A stretch of DNA of 64,000 nt from Neocallimastix sp. 'constans'. Lineage: Eukaryota. A program made the position numbers and the translations under genes. The notes below the pieces were generated by a model. The model did not search any database. It was not told the origin of the DNA and saw only the letters and a program-made list of their open reading frames with translations. The stretch spans positions 124,001 through 188,000 of the forward strand of contig JBODTK010000152.1 of NCBI GenBank assembly GCA_050613775.1, read 5' to 3'. Positions 1 to 11,700 of this stretch are shown here, in pieces. Numbering within the stretch: position 1 is the first letter of the stretch; each line of letters opens with the position of its first letter.

Positions 1-470
1 AATTAATTTAAATAGTTTATAAAAATAGTTTTGAATTGTAAATATATAAACATTAGTATTAATAATATTTATATAATAAATATATAATAAATGAGTTGTT
101 ATTGAATTTAATTATTATTGTAAATAAGTTGAAAGTTTATTGAATTAATTATTGTTTAGTTTAGTTAATTATTATTTAATAAAATTATTAATAAATATTT
201 TGTTTATAAATAAATAGTAATATATGCAAATTAGATAGAAATAATATATATAATGTAATAATGAAAAAATATAAATACATGTAAATTTCTATAATTAAAT
301 TGATGTATTAGTTATTGACTATATGATAGTTAATAACAAAAAAGCGATTTAATTTTTTTAATTAATAAAGATTATTTTATTTAAAAAGAACGAATTTTTA
401 TTACGTGTTTTTTTTTATTTTGGTGTTAAAATTTGTTATTTGTAATCTGTTTCTGATAGAACGCTTTACA
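1..470 (+). repeat. 3' part of an LTR (same family as solo LTRs at 2780-3510 and 3615-4365), truncated by window start
   Basis: 1-470 aligns by eye with 3904-4365 and ends ...tgtaatctgtttc...tttaCA. Confidence 0.8.
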
Positions 471-2779
471 TATGCAATAAACTTTTAAATTTAATTTTAC
501 TTTTAATAACTTCTAAATTTAGTGAAATTGTTAGTATAAAAAGAAGAAAACGAAAAAAATTGTTAAGCGATTAGCGTTAACAATTTTTGATAAAAAAACT
601 TATAATCATTTTTATTTTTCCCGATTTATAAAATCGTAGTTGTATTTAATTATTTATGATAACTATTTATTTTAATAAAAAATAAATAAAATTAATTTTT
701 TTAATTCCCTAAATTTCATTACTAAAAAATAAGTTTTAAGAAAAATTTAAACAAATATTAATTATTCTTTAATTTTTGACATATAATATTTATAAATTAA
801 TGAAAGGATTAAATGATGTAATCCAAAATAATAATTATATTAAAAAATTAATTAAAAATAACATACCTTTCAATATACATGAAGTAAACAAACAATATAA
901 TAATAATAAATCCAATAATAACATTAAATTACTTTCCTATCAGAATAATCAAGATAATAATGATAAAATATTGAATAAATTTCAAAATAATCCTGATAAG
1001 TATGAACATCCAAATAATTCAAAGGTATATGATATAAGCCCAAATCATAATTCAAACATTAATCCTGTTAACAAAATTTCGTGTGAACTAAACAAAAAAA
1101 TTCCTGTAATTTTAATTGAAAACAATAATAATTCAAGTGAAAATCCTGAAAATCCTGAAATCCTGAATAATAAAGACCTAGATTTAAATAAAAATAATTC
1201 AAAAAATAAAAATGAAATTAAGTTGTTAGTAAAGAATAAAAAAAGTGAGGATTTAAATTTTAAAAAGAAAGAAGAAAATAATAAAACAAAAATTAAGATT
1301 TTAAAAAATAAAAAATATAAAATTACAAACGCTAAAAAAAAATTTTATTAATGAAAAATTTTCAATTATTGAAAAAAAATTAAATAAATTAAATAATTTT
1401 AATAAATTTAATTTTACCAAAAATAAAGTTATCCATAATAAGGATAAAAAATTTCATACAAAAAACTTTAATGAAAAATTTGATTAAAGCTAATACAAGC
1501 TGTAATAATAATGTCAATAATGATCAAAATAATGATCAAAAATTAATAATTAGAGTTAAAAGACCAGGTATGCCACTTGAAAACAATAAACATAAAGTTC
1601 AGAAAATGGAGAAAATATCCAACATCACAAATAATAATCCAAAAGACTATTATAAAGCTATTACTTGCGAAGAGAGTGAAGAATGGATTAAAGCTATATC
1701 TATCGAATTGCAAAATTTAAAAGAAAATAATACAATGACCATAGTATCAGAGCTACCAGAAGGAATTAAACCACTTAGTCCTAGATGGGTATTTACGAAG
1801 AAATATGATGGGAATAATAATTTAGAAAAATACAAAGCAAGAATAGTAGTAAAAGGATATAATCAAATTGAAGGAGTCGATTATGAATTAACTTTTTCTC
1901 CAACACTACCAGTAGAAAGTTTAAGATTAACAATAGCATTAGCTTCTTTATTTAATCGGAACATTCAACAATTAGATGTGAAAGACGCATATCTCAATGC
2001 CAAATTACATAATGATATTTATATGAAACTACCAGAAGGACATGAAAATTATAATGAAGGTTATTGTAAATTAAATAAGGCACTGTATTGATTGAAATAG
2101 GCTGGTCGAGAATGGAACCAAACAATTAGTAAATTTTTGATCAAAAAAGGGCTATATCAATTAAGAAGTGAACAATGTTTATTCGTTAAGTGAGATAATA
2201 AAAATAATGTAATATGTTTAGTAGCTTTATATATCGATGATATGTTAATAACAGGTATTAAAAAAGAAATTTTTAATATTATTAATATTATTAAGAACAA
2301 TTTTAAAATATCCAAGTGCGAAGAAATAAATCATATTTTAGGATTAAATGTTAGGAAAAATAAATTTGGATATACAATCTCTCAAGAAAACTATATTGAA
2401 AACATTTTAAAGAAATTTAATATATTAAAGAAAATCAAAAAGCTTCTACTCCATGTACTGGTGATGACATTAAACTAATTAATAAAACACTTTTTGATAA
2501 GACTATTTACCAGAGCGCAGTTGGTTGTTTAATACATGTATCTAAATCGATAAGACCTGATATATCTTTCTCTGTTAGTAAGGCATCAAGAAAAAATTCA
2601 AATCCAACAGTATCAAATTGGAACAAAGTAGTCAACATCCTTAAATATTTAAATCAAACTAAGAATTATTACATTTCATACAAAAATAAAGGAAAATTAA
2701 TTGGTTATACAGATTCTGATTTTACTAGAGATTTATCAAATAGCAAATCCACTTCAGGAAAATTTTTTTTCTTAGCCTC

Positions 2780-3510
2780 TGTAAAAATGTTCCTTATGGA
2801 GCAGATTACAATTACGAAAAAACAAAAAAAACAACAAAAACAACACTATCAATAACAATACTCAAATGAAATTTATTTTTTAAAAAAAATTCTTTTATTA
2901 ATCACTTTATTATAAAAATTCTTTTTATTAGTTATTAACTGCAAAATAGTTAATAACAACTACATTTTTTTTTAATAGAATAATTTTACATGTATTTATA
3001 TTTTTTCTTAATTATATTATAATATACTATTTCTATTTATTTAAACATATATTCAATATAAAATAAACAAAAACTAATCTAAAATTAAATAAAGTTATAA
3101 AAAACTAAAACTAATTCAATAAGCTTTTTATTCAATTTGTTTTGACTCAAATTGAATAAGTTCTTATTTATTATTTATTTATTATTCTTTTATTATTAAT
3201 ACTATTAATTATATATTACTATTTAATTTTTATGATTATTAAACTAAACTAAAATTAAACTAAACTAAAATTATTAAAATATTTTATTACTAAATTTTAG
3301 GTTATTTAAAAATTAATTTTATATTTTTAAATTTATATATTATATGAAATATAAATTTATTATTAATTTTCATAAATCAATTAATTTCATATATTAATAT
3401 ATTTTTACATAATTTAATGCATTAGCATTATTTTGTAAACGTGAATTACATTAAATAATTTAATGTACAAAATAAATTAATGTACTAAAGATATTGATCA
3501 TATCTTTACA
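2780..3510 (-). mobile_element. Solo LTR inserted in Copia RNase H, reverse orientation
   Basis: TGTAAA...TTTACA termini; perfect 5-bp TSD gcctc (2775-2779 / 3511-3515); reverse-complement similarity to 3615-4365. Confidence 0.85.
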
Positions 3511-3614
3511 GCCTCAGGATCAATCGCTTGGATGTCCAGACAACAACAATCAGTAACAAGAACTATTGCATAAGTAGAATATATTGCCCTTTCTGAAGCT
3601 GTAGCAAATGGTTT

Positions 3615-4365
3615 TGTAAAGATTTAATAAAATCTTTAAAAATTAATTATTACATAATAAATTAATGTAATAAAATTACATAAATTTATAATTTACGTAT
3701 ATGAAAATTAATTATAAGTTTATGTAAACTTTTCATAAAGGATAAATTATTATTTAAATAATTTTGGATAATAAATTTAATTTAAATAATTTATTTAAGT
3801 TAGTTAATTTAGTTTAGTTTATTTAAAATAGTTATTCTATTTAACTTAGTTTAGTTAGTTTAAAATACTTTAAAATTAATTTCGGAATAGTTTTAATAGT
3901 TAAAATTAGTTTAAATAGTTTATAAAAATAGTTTTGAATTGTAAATACATAAACATTAGTATTAATAATATTTAAATAATAAATAAATAATAAATGAGTT
4001 CTTATTGAATTCAATTATTATTGTAAATAAGTTGAAAGCTTATTGAATTAATTATTGTTTAGTTTTAGTTAATTATTATTTAATAAAATTATTAATAAAT
4101 ATTTTATTTATAAATAAATAGTAATATATGTATATTAAATAGGTTTGATATATTAAAATGTAATAATGAAAAAAAATAAATACATGTAAATTTTTATAAT
4201 TAAATCGATGTATTAGCTATTGACTATCAAATAGTTAATAACGAGAAGAGATTTATTTTTAAATTTAATAAAAGATTATTTATTAAAAAAGGAATCTTTT
4301 ATTACGTGTTTAAAATATTTTGTGTATTTTGTTATTTGTAATCTGTTTCTTCCAAACTCTTTACA
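3615..4365 (+). mobile_element. Solo LTR inserted in Copia RNase H
   Basis: TGTAAAG...CTTTACA termini; TSD ggttt/ggctt (1 mismatch); similar to 1-470. Confidence 0.8.
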
Positions 4366-5443
4366 GGCTTATAGATTAAAAATATGCTAAATGAAATGTT
4401 TAAATGAAATTTGTAATAAATTTAAATGGAGACATCAGAGCATCCTTATTTGCTGCTGAAAATTATGCTATTAGCAAAAAACTTAGACATGTAAGAGTTA
4501 TCTATCACTACTTTAAAGAAAATATTGAAAGAAAAGAAGTAATTTTACATTACATTAAATCTGAAGAAAATTTAGCAGATATTTTAACAAAAGCTGTTAA
4601 TAAAAATCAAATAACTAATTTTGCAAACAAAGTTTTTGATAATACTTTGTTTAGGGGGGAATGTTAGAAAATTAGTATTTTTAATTTATATTTTTAATTA
4701 ACACGTTATTCAATACTTTTATTTTATTATAATTTTAAATATTAAATATTAAATAGTATATTATAAATAGATAGGATATATTACAATAAATATAGTTTAT
4801 ATAGTTTATGATACAAATAATATAGTTTTAAAAAATTTTTTATAAGCCTCTTTTGTATTATTTCTATTAAGTCATGGGGGTGTCATTTCGAAAATTTTTA
4901 TTACTGTAACGGAGGTGCTTCTATTGTAACGGCGGGACGGGGTATAGAAACACACAAAAGAAGAAAACTCAATAGGTTTACACTATCTGTATAAATAATT
5001 CGTTTTATTAGAAATATTTTTTATTAATTATAAAATTTAAAATAATTATTAATATTAATCAACAAGGTAATATTTCGAATTACTTATACGTTAATTATTA
5101 TTAATAAAAGCACGAAGAAAAATATTTCATTCGTGAAGTTCGCACTATTTATACTTTTAACGGAAAAACAGTTTTAACATGTAAAAATAATTTTAAAGAA
5201 ATATTTAGAAATATGTTTGTAATAATTAATAATGTAAAGTTTCTAGAATATAGATTTTAATTGATAAAAATGAATCTTATCAAAAAAGAATAAAATAATT
5301 TATATAATAAGAATTTCTAAATTCATTTCGGTTGAATTACGAACCGAAAGAATCTTTAACTTTCTATAATTTTATACAGAAAGAATATTCAAGAAGATAT
5401 TATTAATAATTAATAAAATAATTAATAAAATAATTATTTATGC

Positions 5444-5520
5444 AAAATGGGTTGAGGTGTGAGTCGAACCCATGAAGTATTGGTCATGGTCAATGTAACT
5501 AACCATTGAACCAAGGTTCT
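5444..5520 (-). ncRNA. tRNA-derived Pol III cassette (A box, B box, CCA, T4 run); not a functional cloverleaf
   Basis: Minus strand: agaacct-TGGTTCAATGG (A box at tRNA position 8)...GGTTCGACTC (B box)...aacCCA-TTTT; acceptor and T stems do not pair well. Confidence 0.7.
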
Positions 5521-6033
5521 AATTTTACTGACTGAGTGATAAGAATGTACTAAATAATGCATTCTTAATTAAATCTACGATTTATTTCTAATACATTATG
5601 TGTACATTATTATTTTTGTACTTTAATAAATTTTTAAATTCAAAGATTAAAAATTAGATCAAAAATTATATTAAACTTTATAATTTTTATATTAAATCTT
5701 ATATTAATAGTAATATTTTTATATATTTAAAACTTATATTAGCAATATTAATAATAAATCTTATTTTTTTTATATTAATAATGAAAATTTATATTAATAA
5801 TATTTTTATATATTGATAATTAAAAATTTATATATTATATTTTAACTTTTTATTATAAAATTTTATATCGAAATGTTTTATTTTATATTGAAAAATATTT
5901 TATTTTATTAAAAACCTTTATATTAGAATAGTATTTTTATTTTTATTTGAATATTTTAACAGATTGTAATAAAAATTATAGCCAATTAAATAAATTCTTA
6001 TTAGTAATATTTTAGATATTTTTAAATAAATAA

Positions 6034-6076
<43 letters not shown>

Positions 6077-6383
6077 TTTTATTAATATTATAAATGTATT
6101 TTATTTATATTGTTATAATTAAATTTTATATAATTAATTATAAAAATCAATTTAAATTTAATAGTTTTTAAAAAAAAAAAAAATAAATAAAATGTAATTT
6201 AGTGGCAAGAACAACTTTTATGCCTTGAAAAAAAGTATAAATAGTTGTAAATTTTGCTACTAATTTTTAAATATCATCAAATAAAATCAAATAAATTTAT
6301 AAATAAAAATAATAAATAAATAAATAAAATTTGTGTTTCCTTACTTTATTTTTATTTAATTCTCTAAAACCTTAACATTTATA

Positions 6384-6401
6384 TGGTGGAGATATCGGGG
6401 A
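6384..6401 (+). promoter_or_regulatory. Primer binding site, probably tRNA-Ala (G1)
   Basis: TGGTGGAGATATCGGGGA is complementary to a 3' end ...UCCCCGAUAUCUCCACCA typical of tRNA-Ala; identical in G2. Confidence 0.8.
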
Positions 6402-7072
6402 ATTAAATAGAAATAATAGTAAATAACATAGATTTTTTTTTAATTTTTTTTTTATTTTATATTGATAAACAAGTAAGTCGTTAATCCTTTGATTAACCCA
6501 TGGCGCTTGTTTGATATATATATATAAAAAAATTTTTTTTAAATAAGTAAAATTAAGATTCTAAAAAAACAAATTTTGTAAAATTATAACAAGGAGCGGA
6601 TAGAGCTCATACACAGTGTATTCTCAGATAGCAACAAATTAACTCTATTCATAGTAGGTTATTGAATAGTAGTTAATTTGGAGATTAATTGGAAAGTAGA
6701 CGAAGGTATTTGGTTACCGACCCGGTAATAATAGTTCAACCTTCAACGTTTCAACACACGAAGGTGCGGGTACTTTCCAAGCACTGGCGAATAAGGAGCT
6801 TACGTCACCGAAGGCGTAAGATTGTTTTTTTTTATATATATTTTTTTTTACTTTTCTTTGTGCTAGTTATAAGGCACTTTATTATATAAAGTATCAGACT
6901 TTGGCTAACTTCGCCATTTAAATTTTTTTTATTTTTTTTTATTACTGATACTTTATTTGTTTAATAATTCCTGTAAAAGAATCTTAATTTACTTGAAAAT
7001 ATTGTGTTTTTAGTTAATTTTTATTAGTTAATAAAAATATTATTGAATACTTTTAAAATTTTTTTTTTATTC

Positions 7073-7232
7073 CGTACATAGATTATCGGATTAAGTTTAT
7101 CCTACATAGTAATTGGGCTAGTAGGCTCTGAACTGCTATATTTTATATTGAATATAGTAATCGTGGCACACGCGTGGCATGACACCATTAGGTAAGCTGC
7201 ACGTCAGACAGTGTGTACTATCAGATTGTACG
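7073..7232 (+). ncRNA. Conserved structured RNA element in G1 5' leader
   Basis: Near-identical to 15064-15229, with compensatory changes in stems. Confidence 0.75.
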
Positions 7233-7400
7233 ACAATAAAGATTATTTTTTTGTATTTAATAATTATAATTAATTAATAATTTTATTAGCTATAACAATA
7301 CAATATTTATCGTTTAAAAAGAAAAATTTTTGAAAGGTGAAAATAATAAATAAAACTTTGCTTCTAAATTTATTACTACAAATATACTAAATTACAAAAT

Positions 7401-7592
7401 TCAAGTGGTCGATAAAGGTTTCGAGCTTGAAAAATATTCTATTGAGTTGTCGATAAAGATTTCGAACTTAAAATTATTCTATTGAGTTGTCGATAAAGAT
7501 TTCGAACTTAAAAATTATTCTTAATAAAGTAGTCGAAAAGAACCTCGTGCTTTATAATTTCTACTAAGTTGTCGATAAGGATTTCGAGCTTA
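7401..7592 (+). repeat. Five ~40-bp tandem hairpin repeats in G1 leader
   Basis: Unit (t/a)aagt-tg-tcga-taaagatt-tcga-actt repeated at ~7401, 7441, 7481, 7525, 7565. Confidence 0.85.
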
Positions 7593-7766
7593 TATCTACT
7601 AAAGAAAGCAAATAAAATTATTATTTTCAAAAGTTACTAAAATATATTGTTTTAAAAATTGATTCGATATTAAATTACCTATTAAATTATATTTTTAAAG
7701 TTGTATTTCCAAATTTATTCTTATTTAATCACCTCATTAATATACAACAAGAAATATTTAAACAAA

Positions 7767-8678
7767 ATGTCCAAGGAAACAACTTTGAGCTTTAAAGAAT
7801 TGAAAAAAGAATTAAGAGATATTGTGAAACTTAGCAAGGACAATTTAGATATTAAGTCCTGGGCTACTGAATTAAAACTTTGGATCAAGATACAAGGTAT
7901 TACAGATCCAGAAACAATATTTAATGCTTGTTTACTTACCAGCTCTGGTGAAGTACAACGCGTTATTGAAGATTTGGGAGAAGATAGTGATGATGAAAGT
8001 GATGATTCATCAGATGAAGAAGAAGAAGATGATGAAGAAGAAAATGTTGATGATGATATTAAATTTCCTTCCCTTGAAAAAATTATTTCAAGTCTTGAAA
8101 ATTTTTACGGTATTAAAGAAGACCAAAATTTACTTCTTAAAGAACTTCGTGCAATGCGAATTAAAAGAAACGAAAAGATTAAAGACTTTAATGTAAGATA
8201 TAGAACTTTGTACACTAAACTTGATAAAAAGAGAAGAAAGCGCATTGGTGTACTAGATTATATTGATTCTATTCAAAATAATTATGAAGCCTGGAAGAAA
8301 TTATCCCTTAAAGATGATATAAGTATGGATAAAGCTTTCAAAATTGCCGAGAAAGTAGATAGACTTTCTGTAAGGAACAATAATATTAATACCTATAATG
8401 TTAATAATTCCCAACATAATCAAAATAATCAAAACAGTACTACTTCAAGACTTTATCCTAAAAGAAGAAACGAAACTTTCCAAACAAATCAAACAAATAA
8501 TAAACCGAAACCTCAAGATATTATAGAAGAATCAACCCAGAAAATGAGAAATTTATCCGTTAAAACTTGCTTCTTCTGTAAGGAAGAAGGTCATTACTCA
8601 TATTATTGCCCTCAATTAAATAAGATTATGGAAAAAAATAAAAAAGAAATATATTCCAAAAAGTCTTTAAACTTCTAA
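7767..8678 (+). CDS. gag: Gag of G1 (acidic tract, CCHC zinc knuckle)
   Basis: ATG at 7767; CFFCKEEGHYSYYC knuckle; homologous to 15386-16303. Confidence 0.92.
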   Translation: MSKETTLSFKELKKELRDIVKLSKDNLDIKSWATELKLWIKIQGITDPETIFNACLLTSSGEVQRVIEDLGEDSDDESDDSSDEEEEDDEEENVDDDIKFPSLEKIISSLENFYGIKEDQNLLLKELRAMRIKRNEKIKDFNVRYRTLYTKLDKKRRKRIGVLDYIDSIQNNYEAWKKLSLKDDISMDKAFKIAEKVDRLSVRNNNINTYNVNNSQHNQNNQNSTTSRLYPKRRNETFQTNQTNNKPKPQDIIEESTQKMRNLSVKTCFFCKEEGHYSYYCPQLNKIMEKNKKEIYSKKSLNF

Positions 8679-8718
8679 ATGGGAGCAGAAGCACTCCCAA
8701 TGACAAAACAATAGCTTC
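8666..8718 (+). promoter_or_regulatory. -1 ribosomal frameshift signal (T TTA AAC + H-type pseudoknot), G1
   Basis: Slippery heptamer in gag phase; -1 frame is open into pol; stems gggag/ctccc and gaagc/gcttc. Confidence 0.85.
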
Positions 8719-11700
8719 ATTAAATAATTTACAAAATAATACTTTTACTAAGAATACTCCAATTGATAATAATTCCTTTAACGAAGAATCTGAAGAATCT
8801 GATTTTAGTGACACAACTGAAAGTGAGGATGATATCATTATAAATGCTGTAAAAAGAAAAATGAATGATAATAACAGCGAAAAAGAAGAAAATAATTCCA
8901 AGAAAGTACATAAAAGTTTAAAAGATAATCCACGTCCTTTTGCAACTCCTGCTTTAAGAAAGAAGAAAGAAAATGAGCTGCATAATAAACCAAATAAAGT
9001 TTATAAAAATCAAATACTTCCTTCAATTTTAACTCAACCAAATATTAACAAAGAAAAACAAAAAGAAAAGGAATTAAGAAATATGACAAGAGTAAGAGAA
9101 AGTAAAGAAGAAAACAACAATTATTCATCAAAAGGAAAGGAAAAAGTTGAATCTGAAGATATACTTGTAATCGATAATGAAATAGAAGATCTAGAAATGA
9201 ATAAAGATAATCAACAAAATAAAACTAATACTTTGGAAAAATTAATTTCAACAAAAACTAAGGAAACTAATAATGGAAATACTCAATTAGTAAAAAGGAA
9301 TATCAAAATGATGAATAATAAAGAACCTTACAATATTATGGATGATTTAAATAATCTTAAATCCAGTATTACGATAGGTCAACTCTTGAATGCATGTCCT
9401 AAAATTCGTTCACAATTAACTCAAGGTTTAAAGTTAGAAAAGTCTAAAATAATTGGAACTGTAGACAATGTAATAGCACGAACTTTATTAGTAAATAACT
9501 ATGACCATAGCTACATAAGTAAAAGTAATGAAGTAGCCGAAGAAGACTTAGCAATGGTTGATGCAAGTGTTGACGGAGTACTAGGAAAACTTTTAATTGA
9601 TTCTTGTAGTAACCTAAGCATCGTTACTAAGCAGTATTTTGATAAATTACCTGGTGAATATGAAACAGTTGGAAAAAGTCGTGGAAGAATCCAACTAGCA
9701 ACACAAGATGAAGAATACTCGGAAGGAATTATTGTTCGATTACCAGTAAAAATTAATAATTATGAATTTAATGCGGACTTTAGAATTATTGAGAAAGAAG
9801 ACTCATTTTATGATATGTTAATAAACTTTAAAACTCAAATCGATCATTGTTTATTTATTCATCCAACCTTAAACAGTCTATGTAAACTTTTGTCAGAAAG
9901 TGAATACGAAGAAATAGCTAAAATAAATAATCAATATTATGATGAAGAAAGTATAATCTGCACTATTAGAAAAGTTGAAGAAACGAATAATGAAAAGGAA
10001 ATTATAAAGGAATTAACTCCAATGGAATTTATTGAGAGTGATGAATTTTTAAGTACCTTAAATAAAGATTATAAAGAACAAATTATTAAAATTCTCAAAG
10101 AAATGATTGACATAGTTGCCACTTCAACAGAAGAACTAACTCCTTCTAAACTTTCACCACATAAGATCCGTTTGAAAGCAAATGCAAAGCCAGTAAAATT
10201 AAGAAGTTATAGGTTAACTAAATTAAAATCAGATATCTTAAAAGAAGAACTTACAAAGCTTATTAAGAAAGGATTGATAGAACCATCCTGTTCAGAATGG
10301 TCATCTCCAGTAGTACTCATTCTAAAACACAATGGAAAGTGGCGCTTGTGCATTGACTACCGAAAAGTCAATGATATGACAGAAAAAGATTCTTATTCAG
10401 TTCCATATATAGATGAAATTTTTGATAGTCTCGGAGGAGCTAAAATATTTACAACTCTTGATTTATTTTCTGGTTTTCACCAAATCTTAATGGATGAAGA
10501 AAGCGTTGAAGTAACCACTTTCACTACTAAGTTTGGAAATTATCAATTTAAGGTTATGCCTTTTGGACTTACTGGAGCTCCCTCAACCTTCCAAAGAGAA
10601 ATGAATAAAATTTTATTCCCTTTTATTGGTGAATTTGTTTATGTATTTATTGATGATGTTTTGATCTATTCAAAAAGTATCGAAGAACATTTAATTCATA
10701 TTAAACAAGTATTAGAAGTATTTAAAGAAAACAAGTTAAAAATTAATATTGAAAAGTGCCATTTTCTTCAAACTGAAGTTGATGTATTAGGTCACAAACT
10801 TACTACTAAAGGATTAAGTCCCATGGAAAGTAAGATAACAGCTATTAAGAAGTGGGAAGCCCCTTCATCACTTCATGAATTAAGATCATTTTTAGGAGCA
10901 GTGGGATATTATCGTGATTTTATTCCTAAATATGCTCAAATTACCTCACCTTTATGTAAATTATTGAAAAAGAATACCAAATATGAATGGAATAAAGAAC
11001 AACAAGAAAGCTTTGAACTCCTAAAAGAAAAATTAATCAATGCACCTATTCTAAAATTTCCGTCATTTGACAAACCTTTTATCATTAGAACTGATGCTTC
11101 GTATAATGGAATTGGTGGAGTTCTTTTACAAAAAGAAGAAGAAACCGGTAAGGAGCATCCAATACACTTTATAAGTAGAAGTTTAAAGAAAGCTGAAAAG
11201 AATTATGGTATTACCGATTTAGAAGGAACCGCTTTGTTTTACTGTATGACTAAATTTAAATCTTATATTGAAGGAAATCCATTACCTACAACTATTTACA
11301 CAGATCATAAACCATTAGTTGGTTTATTTAAGAATAAAGAACCTTTGAATGCAAGGCAAACAAGATGGTGTCTAACCGCTAGTATGCTCGGAATTAATAT
11401 AAAATATGAATCAGGCAAAAAGAATGTGTTAGCTGATGCTCTTTCAAGAATGAAAAGTAAGGAAGAGAGAAAGATATTATTAACAAAAATTACTAATGGA
11501 AATAATGAAGAATTATTATCTAAAGTTATAAAGGAATTTATTAATGAAAAGTTTACTGTTATTGATGGTGAAGATTATTTTATCGACAATGGAAATTATA
11601 GAAAATTAATAACGGACGAAAATGAAAGGTTTAAATTAATTTTAGAAGCTCATAATATTGGCCACGAAGGATATTACAAAACATATCAAAGACTTAAGAA

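Larger units (their letters stand above)
1471..4667 (+). pseudogene. Copia pol RT-RNase H pseudogene split by two solo-LTR insertions
   Basis: ORF fragments 1471-2091, 2242-2478, 4404-4667; RNase H reading resumes after each insertion (3516, 4371). Confidence 0.9.
776..4876 (+). mobile_element. Decayed Ty1/Copia retrotransposon (3' part: linker, RT, RNase H, PPT, start of 3' LTR)
   Basis: RT motifs 'RWVFTKK..YKARIVVKGYNQ', 'QLDVKDAYLNA', 'YIDDML'; RNase H 'GYTDSDF', 'EYIALSEA', 'NLADILTK'; PPT ttaggggggaa 4651-4661 then TGTTAG at 4662; many stops and frameshifts. Confidence 0.9.

Noticed and set aside
556..588. Hairpin aaaattgttaa-gc..gc-g-ttaacaatttt as a Helitron 3' end
   Set aside because: No CTRR terminus at the expected distance and no other Helitron evidence
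5444..5520. Functional tRNA gene
   Set aside because: Acceptor and T stems do not pair and the anticodon loop is non-canonical; kept only as a Pol III promoter-like cassette
6689..6889. 66-aa ORF in the G1 leader
   Set aside because: TTG start, overlaps strong RNA stems, low-complexity tail, absent from G2
7401..7592. CRISPR-like array of palindromic repeats
   Set aside because: Units are directly tandem with no unique spacers, there are no cas genes, and the context is a eukaryotic retrotransposon leader
7924..9041. Short overlapping and antisense ORFs around G1 gag/pol (and similar ones at 1650, 16066, 18288, 41158, 49799, 50381, 58077)
   Set aside because: Shadow frames of real coding sequences with no independent support
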